A stretch of DNA of 64,000 nucleotides from Acidimicrobiales bacterium (GTDB lineage: Bacteria; Actinomycetota; Acidimicrobiia; Acidimicrobiales; Bog-793). Shown in pieces: positions 18,468-27,367 of the stretch; the first letter of the stretch is position 1, and every line of letters begins with the position of its first letter. A model generated the notes under the pieces. That model was not told where the DNA came from. It did not search any database and saw nothing but the letters and a program-made list of their open reading frames with translations. Both the position numbers and the translations under genes were made by a program. The DNA lies in the NCBI GenBank assembly GCA_049510975.1, contig JBEKYM010000003.1, positions 103,011-167,010 on the forward strand. Direction: 5' to 3'.

Positions 18468-18890
18468 CTACCTCGCCCGTGGCTCGAGGGACGGCAGGTG
18501 GATGAGACCTGCGTCGGTGGGGCGAAAACCGCACGCCTCCACATAGAACCCCGCGAGGTCGCCCGCGTAGTCGACATGGAGCCACTCGCAGCCGGCCGCC
18601 TTGGCGTGCTCGGCGGCTCGGCGCACCACCTCGGCCCCGATCCCCTGGCGCTGATGGCTGCCACGGGACTTCGTGTCGATGAGGAAGGCGTGGTCTCCCC
18701 CGTCCCAGGCCACGTTGACGAAGCCGACGAGGAGGCCCTCCGCCGTCCGGGCGGCGATCCAGCCGAGGCTCTGAGGTCGGATCTGATCCCACCATCCAGG
18801 CACCGCAGTGCCGCCGTGAGAGCGGACGAGGTCGACCATCTCGTCGTCGGTGACTGCTCCTCGCCACGTGTAGGAGATCACGTCGGTCAT
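18468..18890 (-). CDS. GNAT family acetyltransferase
   Basis: Start ATG at 18890 (MTDVISY...). HQRQGIGAEVVRRAAEHAKAAG acetyl-CoA-binding motif. Confidence 0.75.
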   Translation of the reverse strand: MTDVISYTWRGAVTDDEMVDLVRSHGGTAVPGWWDQIRPQSLGWIAARTAEGLLVGFVNVAWDGGDHAFLIDTKSRGSHQRQGIGAEVVRRAAEHAKAAGCEWLHVDYAGDLAGFYVEACGFRPTDAGLIHLPSLEPRAR

Positions 18891-18931
18891 GTCGTCCAAG
18901 TCTGGCGGAACCGGTACGGCGGCCGCCGTTG

Positions 18932-19294
18932 TCAGAGCGAGGTGTCGGGGAAGGCTTGCTGCATCCGCACGGCCACGAGCTTGTCGACGAGAGACTTCGG
19001 CAGGGGCGTGTCGACGGGGAACTGGAGCGCCCCCGTCGACGTCACGTACTCGGCAGCCTCGTCCGACAGCTGCGGGATCACCGAGCCGCTGTGTGGGAAG
19101 TAGCTCAGGTGGTTCTTGAAGGCGGCGAACCCGGCGATCACTTTGCCCCGCACTCGAAACGCCGGCATCCGATAGGAGATGCACTGCTCGGCTTCCGGGG
19201 CGGCGTCGAGGATCAGCTCGCGAAGTGCCCGCAACGTCGACTGTTTGGGCTCCTCGAGCGCCGCCAGATAGTCGTCGATCTCGCGTTGCGACAT
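18932..19294 (-). CDS. DUF1801 (YdhG-like) domain protein
   Basis: Start ATG at 19294. MSQREIDDYLAALEEPKQSTLRALRELI ... ISYRMPAF. Confidence 0.65.
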   Translation of the reverse strand: MSQREIDDYLAALEEPKQSTLRALRELILDAAPEAEQCISYRMPAFRVRGKVIAGFAAFKNHLSYFPHSGSVIPQLSDEAAEYVTSTGALQFPVDTPLPKSLVDKLVAVRMQQAFPDTSL

Positions 19295-19387
19295 GAAGCC
19301 AGTCTCACCGGGCGGCTCGGCGTGGTCAAGGACAGCACGACCGACTGCCGACGCCTCATCGCTCCGTGGCCGCGCGACGATCGTCAG

Positions 19388-19684
19388 ATGATCGCAGCCT
19401 TTTCCATCGCCCCAGTCGGTGCCGGCGACTCGGTCAGTGAGACGGTCGCCGAGTGCATCGCCATCGTGCGGGCGAGCGGCATCCCGAACGAGACCAACGC
19501 CATGTTCACCAACCTGGAGGGCGACTGGGACGAGGTGATGGATGTGATCAAACAGTGCCTCGATCACGTGGCCGCCGTCGCCCCCCGCGTCAGCCTGGTC
19601 ATCAAGATCGACCATCGGCCGGGCGTCTCGGACGCCTTGCACGGCAAGGTCGCCGCCATCGAAGCTCACCTCGGCCACCAGTAG
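19388..19684 (+). CDS. MTH1187/YkoF-family (thiamine-binding-like) small protein
   Basis: MIAAFSIAPVGAGDSVSETVAECIAIVRASG ... TNLEGDWDEVM. Confidence 0.75.
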   Translation: MIAAFSIAPVGAGDSVSETVAECIAIVRASGIPNETNAMFTNLEGDWDEVMDVIKQCLDHVAAVAPRVSLVIKIDHRPGVSDALHGKVAAIEAHLGHQ

Positions 19685-19826
19685 CGTCGAAACCCCCCGG
19701 AGCGGACCGACTCTCGCGCTGGTTCACCCCTCGCCCGCCGATGAACGGCCCGAGGACTCCCGCGGTCTCGACCGGCTCGGGGCGCCGCCTGGCTAGGGTT
19801 TGGCACCTCCTCGACGACGGAAGGCC

Positions 19827-20939
19827 ATGACGAGCTTGGACAGGATTCGACTGGGCGTGCTCGGCGCCGGCAACGTCGCCGACCTCAACGTCGCCGGCTA
19901 CCTCGAGGACCCGCGCTGCGAGGTGATCGCCGTCTGCGACGTGCTGCCCGACGCCGCCGAGTCGGCTGGCAAACGCTGGGGCGTGCCCAAGATCTACACC
20001 GACATGGATCGCTTCCTCGCCGACGACGACATCGACGCCGTCGAGATCGTGACCCCGACCTACCTGCACCACAGCCACGTGCTCGACGCGCTCGCCGCCG
20101 GCAAGCACATCTCGGTGCAGAAGCCTCTCTCGAACACCATCGACGAGGCCGACGAAATGGGCGATGCCGCCGCCGGCGCCGGCCTGACCCTGCGAGTCGG
20201 CGAGTGCATGGTCCACTACCCGCCGCTCGAGCTGGCGAAACGCCTCATCTCGGACGGCGCCATCGGCAAGCCCGTCGGTCTGCGCATCCGCACGGTGGTC
20301 GGGCAGACGGACTCGGCGTTCCAGGCCGGCCTCAACGCCGACGGCTACAGCTGGCGGCTGGACGCCCGCTCACCGGGCGGGCACCTCTTCGACGACATGG
20401 TGCACAAGTACGCCGTGGCACTTTGGCTCCTCGACCAGGACGTCACCTCGGTGCAAGCCGTGGTCCGCCGCCGGGACCTGTACTTCGAGCCGTGCGTGGC
20501 CCTGTTCGAGTTCGAGGATCCCGATCTCCTCGGGACGATGGAGGTCGTGTACGCACCGCAGATGTGGCTGAGGAGCCAGTACTTCGGCGCAGACGAGTTC
20601 TTCGAGATCCAGGGCGAGGAGGGTTCGCTCTGGGTGACGCGAGCGACCGGTGAGATGCTCGACCTCGCACCGGTGGTCCTGTACCAAGGCAAGGACAACA
20701 AGATCTCGACCACTCGGTTCACGGAGGTCGACTCGAACTTCGCCACGGGTTTCAAACGGTCGTCGTCGCATTTCATCGATGCCCTCATCTCCGGCGATGC
20801 CGCCTCCATGACGCCCGTCGACGCGAGAAAGGTCCTGCAGCTCTGCTTTGCCGTCTATCTCGCCGGCGAGACCCGCCAAGCCGTCGATCCCCGGGTGCTG
20901 ACCGGGTCGGTGTCTCCCTCCGGCTGGGCGGACTGGTAG
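19827..20939 (+). CDS. Gfo/Idh/MocA family NAD(P)-dependent oxidoreductase
   Basis: IRLGVLGAGNVA Rossmann motif, VEIVTPTYLH and GKHISVQKP motifs. Confidence 0.85.
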   Translation: MTSLDRIRLGVLGAGNVADLNVAGYLEDPRCEVIAVCDVLPDAAESAGKRWGVPKIYTDMDRFLADDDIDAVEIVTPTYLHHSHVLDALAAGKHISVQKPLSNTIDEADEMGDAAAGAGLTLRVGECMVHYPPLELAKRLISDGAIGKPVGLRIRTVVGQTDSAFQAGLNADGYSWRLDARSPGGHLFDDMVHKYAVALWLLDQDVTSVQAVVRRRDLYFEPCVALFEFEDPDLLGTMEVVYAPQMWLRSQYFGADEFFEIQGEEGSLWVTRATGEMLDLAPVVLYQGKDNKISTTRFTEVDSNFATGFKRSSSHFIDALISGDAASMTPVDARKVLQLCFAVYLAGETRQAVDPRVLTGSVSPSGWADW

Positions 20940-20957
20940 GCGTCTGCACTGCGTGGG

Positions 20958-22274
20958 GTGAGTAACGTCACGTCGGTGACCGCGTCGGCACCGTGGCTGG
21001 TGAGACGGCTGTTCCCCCTCCTCGCCACGATCGGCCTGCTTGCCGTGGGCATGATCTCGACGACGTGGTGGGGAGCCCATCTCGTCGACAAGACGTCGTG
21101 GCAGCTTCCGCACGACCTCTGGGGAACGTTGCTGGCGGCCCGGCGACTCCTCCACTTGGATCCCGGTGGTCTCTACACCCAACCGACGGGCCTGGTCTCG
21201 CTTCCCGGCGCCGCCTTGATCCTCGTGCCGATCGTCGCCCTCATCGACGTCGCCGGAGTCGGCCTCGGGGTTCCGGGCGCGCAGAACACGCATCCGACCG
21301 CGTGGCTGTTCGCCGGTCCGTACGAGATCGCCTTGTCGGCGCTGGCGCTGCTGGCGGCGGACTCGCTCGCCGAGCGTCTCGGTGTCACCCGCCCAAAACG
21401 AGCGCTGCTCGCAGCCGCCGCCGCCGTCGCCCTCTGGAGCGTGTCGGTGAGATGGGGCCATCCGGAGGACGCCGTCGCGGTGGCGCTGTTCTTGTTCGGG
21501 ATCGCAAAGTTGGCCGACTCGAGAGTCGCATGGTCCGCATGGCTCGTCGGAGCGGCCATCTGCGTGCAACCGCTCGTGCTGCTGGCTGTGCCGGTTCTCC
21601 TCGTCACCATCGAGCCACGACGGCTGGCCGGCTACCTCGGTCGTGCGGCGGCCCCGAGCGCACTCTTGCTCGGCGTGGCGGCGGCCGCCAACTGGAACGC
21701 CACCTACGCGGCGATCACCAGCCAGCCAAACTGGCCAGCGACCGACCACACGACGCCGTTCACGTCGCTCGCCCCCCACCTGAGCGGCGGGGCCGTCGCC
21801 GCCGGGCCGGCCAGGGTCGTCGTCATCTTCCTCGCCGTCTGCTGCGCCCTCGTCCTCCAGCGGCAATGGCATGCTCCTCGAGACGCCCCCCTCAGTGCAG
21901 AGGTACTGGAAGAGCTGCTCTGGTGGGTAGCGGTGGCCCTCACCCTCCGCTGCGTGTTCGAACCGGTGATGACGCCGTACTACTTGTGGCCGGTGCTGGC
22001 GGTGGGGCTGATCGCGGCGTCCCGCAGCTGGTCTCGCCTCGTCCCGACGTCGCTCGTCGCCTCTGCGGTCACCTTCGTCTCGCAAGCGTCCTGGCACGGG
22101 CCCTGGCTGTGGTGGGGATCGGCGGTCGGTGGGCTCGTGCTGGCGCTGGTCCTCTCCTACAACCGAGGGCCGAAGCCGCGCGGCGTTGCCGCCGGCGCCG
22201 GGTCACTGCGAGTCGCCGGCTTCAGCATGGATCCGAGACGCCCGGCGACGCCTCACGGCAGCCACGAGACGTGA
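20958..22274 (+). CDS. Polytopic integral membrane protein of unknown function (GT-C-like topology possible)
   Basis: At least 9 hydrophobic segments and high third-position G+C. I recognise no motif with confidence. Confidence 0.5.
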   Translation: MSNVTSVTASAPWLVRRLFPLLATIGLLAVGMISTTWWGAHLVDKTSWQLPHDLWGTLLAARRLLHLDPGGLYTQPTGLVSLPGAALILVPIVALIDVAGVGLGVPGAQNTHPTAWLFAGPYEIALSALALLAADSLAERLGVTRPKRALLAAAAAVALWSVSVRWGHPEDAVAVALFLFGIAKLADSRVAWSAWLVGAAICVQPLVLLAVPVLLVTIEPRRLAGYLGRAAAPSALLLGVAAAANWNATYAAITSQPNWPATDHTTPFTSLAPHLSGGAVAAGPARVVVIFLAVCCALVLQRQWHAPRDAPLSAEVLEELLWWVAVALTLRCVFEPVMTPYYLWPVLAVGLIAASRSWSRLVPTSLVASAVTFVSQASWHGPWLWWGSAVGGLVLALVLSYNRGPKPRGVAAGAGSLRVAGFSMDPRRPATPHGSHET

Positions 22275-23110
22275 CCGTGGAGGAGCACCCAGCCCACGAA
22301 AGCACCGGTGTCGATCAAGCTGTGGGCGACGATGAGGCGGAGCAGGCGACCCTGGCGTTGGAAGAGGCGCCCGAAGAGCAGCCCCATGACGGCATTGCCA
22401 AGAAACCCGCCGAAGCCCTGATACAGGTGGTATGACCCCCGGATCACCGAGCTGGTGGCAAGGGCGCGGTTCTCTCCCCATTGCAGCTGGCCGAGGCGGT
22501 GGAGCAAGTAGCCGCACACGACCACCTCCTCGAGCACGCCGTTCTGGACGGCGGCCAGCACGAGCACCGGGATCCGCCACCACACCGCAGGCAGGTTCGT
22601 GGGCACGACGTTGACGCTCAGGCCGGCGTGATAGGCGCCGAGATAGAGCGCCAGCCCGGCGCCGCCCACTCCGGCGGCGAGCGCCGCTCCCCAGCCGATC
22701 TCCCGCCTGAGTCGCCTCGTGTCGAGCCCGATGCTGGCGCTCGACTCACCGGATCTGGACAGCAGGTAGACGACGAGCGCCACCGGCACGAGGGCGACCG
22801 CGATGCCGACGAGTGCGTAGGCGAGGTTGAGCAGCGAGCTGTTGGCGCCGGCCGACGAGTTGATCACGGTGCTCTGCGAGCGCAAGGGGACACCGATGGA
22901 CAGCGAATTCACCAACGCCAGGACGGCGTACACGGCATCGGCGCCGAGCGACAGCCCCAGCACGAGCCAGATCTCGATCACGAGGGCCTTACGGGTCAGC
23001 GTCGGGGGGAGGCCCGGGGCGGGGGTTTCGGTGCGATGGCGGGCAGCTCCGAGCGGCTCGGCACTCGCGAGCGGCTCGGAACCCTCGTCGCCGATCAGGG
23101 CCTCGCTCAC
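22253..23110 (-). CDS. CPBP (CAAX/Abi) family intramembrane glutamic endopeptidase
   Basis: Motifs EEVVVCGYLLHRL, SSVIRGSYH and IVAHSLID. Confidence 0.8.
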   Translation of the reverse strand: MSEALIGDEGSEPLASAEPLGAARHRTETPAPGLPPTLTRKALVIEIWLVLGLSLGADAVYAVLALVNSLSIGVPLRSQSTVINSSAGANSSLLNLAYALVGIAVALVPVALVVYLLSRSGESSASIGLDTRRLRREIGWGAALAAGVGGAGLALYLGAYHAGLSVNVVPTNLPAVWWRIPVLVLAAVQNGVLEEVVVCGYLLHRLGQLQWGENRALATSSVIRGSYHLYQGFGGFLGNAVMGLLFGRLFQRQGRLLRLIVAHSLIDTGAFVGWVLLHGHVSWLP

Positions 23111-23149
23111 GCCGGACGACGCTACTGCCGGGCTGGCGGCGGCGACCTG

Positions 23150-24089
23150 TCAGGCGTTCGGCCGGCGGAAGTAGTGGCCCTCGTCGAGATCGTCGAGGAG
23201 ACCGGGACGCGTGGGTTCCCATCCCATCAGCTCGCGGGTGAGGGAGCTCGAGGCGGGGCTGTCGGCGGCCACCAAGTGCGCCAGCCAGGAGAACTGCACA
23301 GCAGCGTCGGCCGGCGAGATGGAGACCACCGGCACGTTCAGGTGGCGGCCGATGACTTCGGCGACGTCGCGGATCGGCACGCCTTCGTCGGCGACGGCGT
23401 GCAGGGTGGACCCCGCCGGCGCCTTCTCCACCGCCAGGCGGAACAAGTGGGCGGAGTCGAGGCGGTGCACGGCAGGCCAGCGGTTCGAACCGTCACCGAC
23501 ATGGCCGGAGACTCCGGTGTCGCGGGCGATGGCGACCAGCCTCGCCACAAAGCCGTTGTCGCCGTCGCCGTGGTTCGTCGGTGGGAGGCGCAGCACTGAC
23601 GAGCGCACGCCCTTGCCAGCGAGCGAGAGCACGAATTCGGCCGTGGCCGCTCGAGCCGAGGGACCGTCGCCGAAGGTGGTCGACGCCGTCGGCCCGTGGC
23701 CGTCCAGCTCGGTCGCCAGCCGCCCCGGCGAGAGCCCGAGCGTTCCCGAAGCGATCACGAGCGGGCGATCCGAGCCGGCGAGCGCCTCGCCGAAGGTCTC
23801 GACGGCGCGCCGATCGGCCCTCGGCAGCGCCCTGGAAGTCCCCCGAGAAGGCGAGGTCGTGCTTGAAGGCGAGATGGATCACGCCATCTGAAGCGGCCGC
23901 AGCACTCCGGAGACTCTCGAGGTCGTCGAGAGTGCCTTCATGCACCTCGGCCCCGGCGGCGGTGATCACGGCGGCGGAGGCATCGGAGCGAGCGAGCCCG
24001 ACGACCTGATGACCGGCGCCGATGAGCTCGGGAACGACGGCAGAGCCGATCCAGCCGGACGCGCCGGTGACGAAAACACGCATGAGCAT
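23150..24089 (-). pseudogene. NAD(P)-dependent SDR/NmrA-like oxidoreductase interrupted by a 1-nt frameshift
   Basis: The N-terminal frame ([18 protein letters not shown] ... [19 protein letters not shown]) switches to another frame ([25 protein letters not shown] ...) at a G/C run near 23818-23820. Confidence 0.7.
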
Positions 24090-24133
24090 GACCTCCAGTT
24101 CAGCGACCGCCCTCGGAGGCGAGGGCGATCTCG

Positions 24134-24183
24134 ATGTCAGTTACTGCCATCACCCTACCAGCTATGTCAGTCTCTGTCATCAC
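24134..24183. promoter_or_regulatory. Two 20-bp imperfect direct repeats, 30 bp apart, in the SDR/TetR divergent region (candidate operator)
   Basis: ATGTCAGTTACTGCCATCAC (24134-24153) and ATGTCAGTCTCTGTCATCAC (24164-24183), 17/20 identical. Confidence 0.35.
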
Positions 24184-24199
24184 GGAGTACGATGGCGTC

Positions 24200-24766
24200 A
24201 TGGGACGTTGGGAGCCGGACAGCCGCGGCAGGCTCGAGGGGGCGGCGCTGGCTCTGTTCGGTGAGCGAGGTTTCGAGAACACGACCGTTGCGGAGATCGC
24301 CTCCCGCGCAGGGTTGACGGAGCGAACGTTCTTCCGGCACTTCGCCGACAAGCGCGAGGTGCTGTTCTCCGGCGCGGGCACCCTGCAGGATCTCCTCGTG
24401 AACGGGGTCGCCGGCGCACCGGCTTCGGCGGCGCCGATCGAGGCCGTCGTCGCTGCCCTCGAGGCGGCCGGCGCCCTGCTCCAGGAACGCCGTGACTACG
24501 CCCGGCAGCGCCAGATGGTCATCGCCGCCAACACCGAGCTGCGCGAGCGCGAGCTGATCAAGCTGGCCTCGCTCGCCACGGCCCTTGCCGACGCCCTGCG
24601 CCGGCGGGGAGTCAAGGACCCCGCCGCCAGCCTGACCGGCGAAGCCGGGATCGCCGTGTTCAAGATCGCCTTCGAACGCTGGCTCGACACGCCCGGTCAA
24701 CGCGATCTGCCGCAGCTCATTCGAGATTCCCTGGACGAGCTGAGAGCGGTCACCGCCGGCGGCTGA
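24200..24766 (+). CDS. TetR/AcrR family transcriptional regulator
   Basis: HTH FGERGFENTTVAEIASRAGLTERTFFRHF. The start could instead be the ATG at 24134. Confidence 0.85.
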   Translation: MGRWEPDSRGRLEGAALALFGERGFENTTVAEIASRAGLTERTFFRHFADKREVLFSGAGTLQDLLVNGVAGAPASAAPIEAVVAALEAAGALLQERRDYARQRQMVIAANTELRERELIKLASLATALADALRRRGVKDPAASLTGEAGIAVFKIAFERWLDTPGQRDLPQLIRDSLDELRAVTAGG

Positions 24767-24812
24767 GCACGAGCGGCGGGTCCGGGGTCGATCCGCCTGC
24801 CAGAGTAGGGCC

Positions 24813-25544
24813 GTGCCGACGAACTACTTCGACGAACCCGTCGCCGAGACCTACGACTCCGACTCGGGCGACATGTTCGACCCGGCGGCCGTGGACCCGG
24901 CCGTCAATTTCCTCGCCCGACTGGCAGGCGACGGGGCCGCCCTCGAGCTCGGCATCGGCACGGGCCGCATCGCCGTGCCGCTCAGCCAGCGGGGTGTCCA
25001 CGTGCACGGGATCGACTTGTCGCCGGCCATGGTGGCCCGGCTCCAAGCCAAGCCCGGCGCCGAGGGCATCGGCGTGACGATCGGGGACTTCGCCACCGCC
25101 ACGGTGGACGGGACGTTCCGCCTCGCCTACCTCGTGTTCAACACGATCGAGAACCTCACGAGCCAGGACGAGCAGGTCGAGTGCTTCTGCAACGTGGCGG
25201 CCCATCTCGAGCCGGGCGGGTGCTTCGTGATCGAGGTCGAGATTCCCGCCCTGCAACGGCTCCCCCACGGCGAGACCGTTCGTCCGTTTGCGGTGAGCGA
25301 GACGAGGCTGGGTTTCGATGAGTACGACATCGCCCGCCAAGGTCTCGTGTCGCACCACTTCTGGAAGGTCGGTGATCACTTCGAGGGTGCCTCGGTGCCG
25401 TTTCGCTACGTGTGGCCGTCCGAGCTCGACCTCATGGCGCGCATCGCCGGCATGCGGCTGCGGGAGCGATGGAGCAATTGGGGCCGCGAGCCCTTCACGA
25501 GCGACAGCACCAAACACATCTCGGTGTGGGAGAAGACGGTCTAG
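24813..25544 (+). CDS. Class I SAM-dependent methyltransferase
   Basis: Motif I LELGIGTGRIAVPL, followed by GIDLSPAMV. Confidence 0.85.
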   Translation: MPTNYFDEPVAETYDSDSGDMFDPAAVDPAVNFLARLAGDGAALELGIGTGRIAVPLSQRGVHVHGIDLSPAMVARLQAKPGAEGIGVTIGDFATATVDGTFRLAYLVFNTIENLTSQDEQVECFCNVAAHLEPGGCFVIEVEIPALQRLPHGETVRPFAVSETRLGFDEYDIARQGLVSHHFWKVGDHFEGASVPFRYVWPSELDLMARIAGMRLRERWSNWGREPFTSDSTKHISVWEKTV

Positions 25545-27367
25545 AGAAGGCTTTCGCGCCAGGCCTCGTAGAGCTCGGCGTAGTGGCCCGACCCCTCCGC
25601 CAGCAACTGCTCCGGAGGACCGTCCTCGACGATCCGTCCCGCCTCGAGCACGAGAACCCGATCGGCGATCTCCACGGTCGAGAGGCGGTGGGCGATGATC
25701 ACGGCCGTCCGACCCTTGAGCACGGTCCTCAGGGCGGACTGCACGAGCCGTTCCATCGGTGCATCGAGCGAGGAGCTCGCCTCGTCGAGGATGAGGACGG
25801 CGGGGTTGGCGAGGAAGGCGCGGGCGAGGGCGACGAGCTGGCGCTGGCCTGCCGACAGGCGCGCACCCTGCTTGCCGACGTCGCTGTCGTACCCGTTGCC
25901 GAGTGCTCCGACGAACGAGTCGACGCCGACGGCGCGGCCGGCAGCCGCAATCTGGGCGTCGGTGGCAGCCGGCGAGCCGAAGGCGATGTTCTCGCCCACC
26001 GTGCCCGAGAACAGGAAACTCTCCTGGGTCACCATGGCGACCGCCTTGTGCAGGGACGCCTCGTCGAGCTCCGGCAGGGCGATGCCGTCGATGGCGACCT
26101 CACCCTCGAGCGGGTCGTAGAAGCGGGCGAGCAGCCGGGCGATCGTGCTCTTGCCGGCACCGGTCCTGCCGAGCAGGGCGACGGTTTGGCCGGCCGGGAT
26201 CGCCAAGTCGAAGCCCGAGAGAATGTCGACGCCCTCCCGGTAGCCGAACCGAATTTGGCGGAACTCCACGGCTCCCCGCAGGCCGCCGGCGGGCAGGGGG
26301 GCGCCGATCTCGACCATCGGCACGCCCGGCTCCTCGTCGAGCACGCCGGCCAACTTCTCAAAACCCGCCCCGGCCGCCTGGAACGAGTCGTAGAACTGGC
26401 TCACCTCTGCCAATGGTTCGAAGAACCTGCGCAGATACAGGACAAATGCCGCCAGCACGCCGACTTGCATGTCGTGGTCGATCACGCGGACCCCGCCGTA
26501 GAGGAGCACGGCCGCCGTCGTGAGGTTGCCGACGAGCACGATCCCCGGCCAGTAGATGCCGAGCAGTTGGAACGACCGGCTCATGGCGGTCCGGTAGCCC
26601 TCGGAGAGCTGGCCGAAGATCTCGTCGTTTCGGGGCTGGCGCCGGAAGGCGTGCACCGCCCGGATGCCCCGGAGCGACTCGGTGAAGTGCACGATGACCA
26701 GTGCCATGGCGTTTCTCGTGTTGCGGTAGGCGATCGTGGAACGGCGCTGATACCAGCGAGTGAGGAACCAGAGCGGGATGAAGCCCGACAGGCACACCAA
26801 TCCGAGCGGGAGGTCGAGCACGAGGAGGATGACTCCGACGCTCACGACCGAGAGCACGGCGTTGATGAGCGTGTCGAGCCCGAGCGTGAACATGTCGTTG
26901 ATCGCCTCGAGATCCGAGGTGAGCCGCGAGATCATCCTGCCCGTCGTGTAGCGCTCGTGGAACGCCAGGCTCAGCCGTTGAAAGTGGGCGAAGACCCGCT
27001 CCCGGAGCTCGAGCAGTATCTCCTGGCCGATCCGCCCCGAGCCGGCCACGAACACGCGGTAGCCGAGCGCCTGCACGACGGCGCAGACCACGATGAGGCC
27101 GGTGATGACGCCGATCGGCACGTAGTCGTGGTGGCGGACGCCGTCCACGCCCCGGTCGATGCCGAGCCCGACGAGGTAGGGCACGGCCGTGGCGGCGAGG
27201 TTGGAGACGAGGATGGCAGCGCTGAGCCAGATGATCGCCCGCCGGTGTGGCGCCGCCAGTGACCCGAGGAGGTGGCGGGTGCGCCGCCTGAGCAGCCCCG
27301 TCCACGCCGGCGGGACTTCATCGACCTCCTCGGCAGCGATACCCCGCCACTCCTCCACCGTGCTCAC
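25541..27367 (-). CDS. ABC exporter, fused permease/ATPase subunit (second of a pair)
   Basis: GTG at 27367 overlaps the upstream stop (GTGA). Walker A GRTGAGKST, signature LSAGQRQ, Walker B ILILDEA. Confidence 0.9.
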   Translation of the reverse strand: MSTVEEWRGIAAEEVDEVPPAWTGLLRRRTRHLLGSLAAPHRRAIIWLSAAILVSNLAATAVPYLVGLGIDRGVDGVRHHDYVPIGVITGLIVVCAVVQALGYRVFVAGSGRIGQEILLELRERVFAHFQRLSLAFHERYTTGRMISRLTSDLEAINDMFTLGLDTLINAVLSVVSVGVILLVLDLPLGLVCLSGFIPLWFLTRWYQRRSTIAYRNTRNAMALVIVHFTESLRGIRAVHAFRRQPRNDEIFGQLSEGYRTAMSRSFQLLGIYWPGIVLVGNLTTAAVLLYGGVRVIDHDMQVGVLAAFVLYLRRFFEPLAEVSQFYDSFQAAGAGFEKLAGVLDEEPGVPMVEIGAPLPAGGLRGAVEFRQIRFGYREGVDILSGFDLAIPAGQTVALLGRTGAGKSTIARLLARFYDPLEGEVAIDGIALPELDEASLHKAVAMVTQESFLFSGTVGENIAFGSPAATDAQIAAAGRAVGVDSFVGALGNGYDSDVGKQGARLSAGQRQLVALARAFLANPAVLILDEASSSLDAPMERLVQSALRTVLKGRTAVIIAHRLSTVEIADRVLVLEAGRIVEDGPPEQLLAEGSGHYAELYEAWRESLL

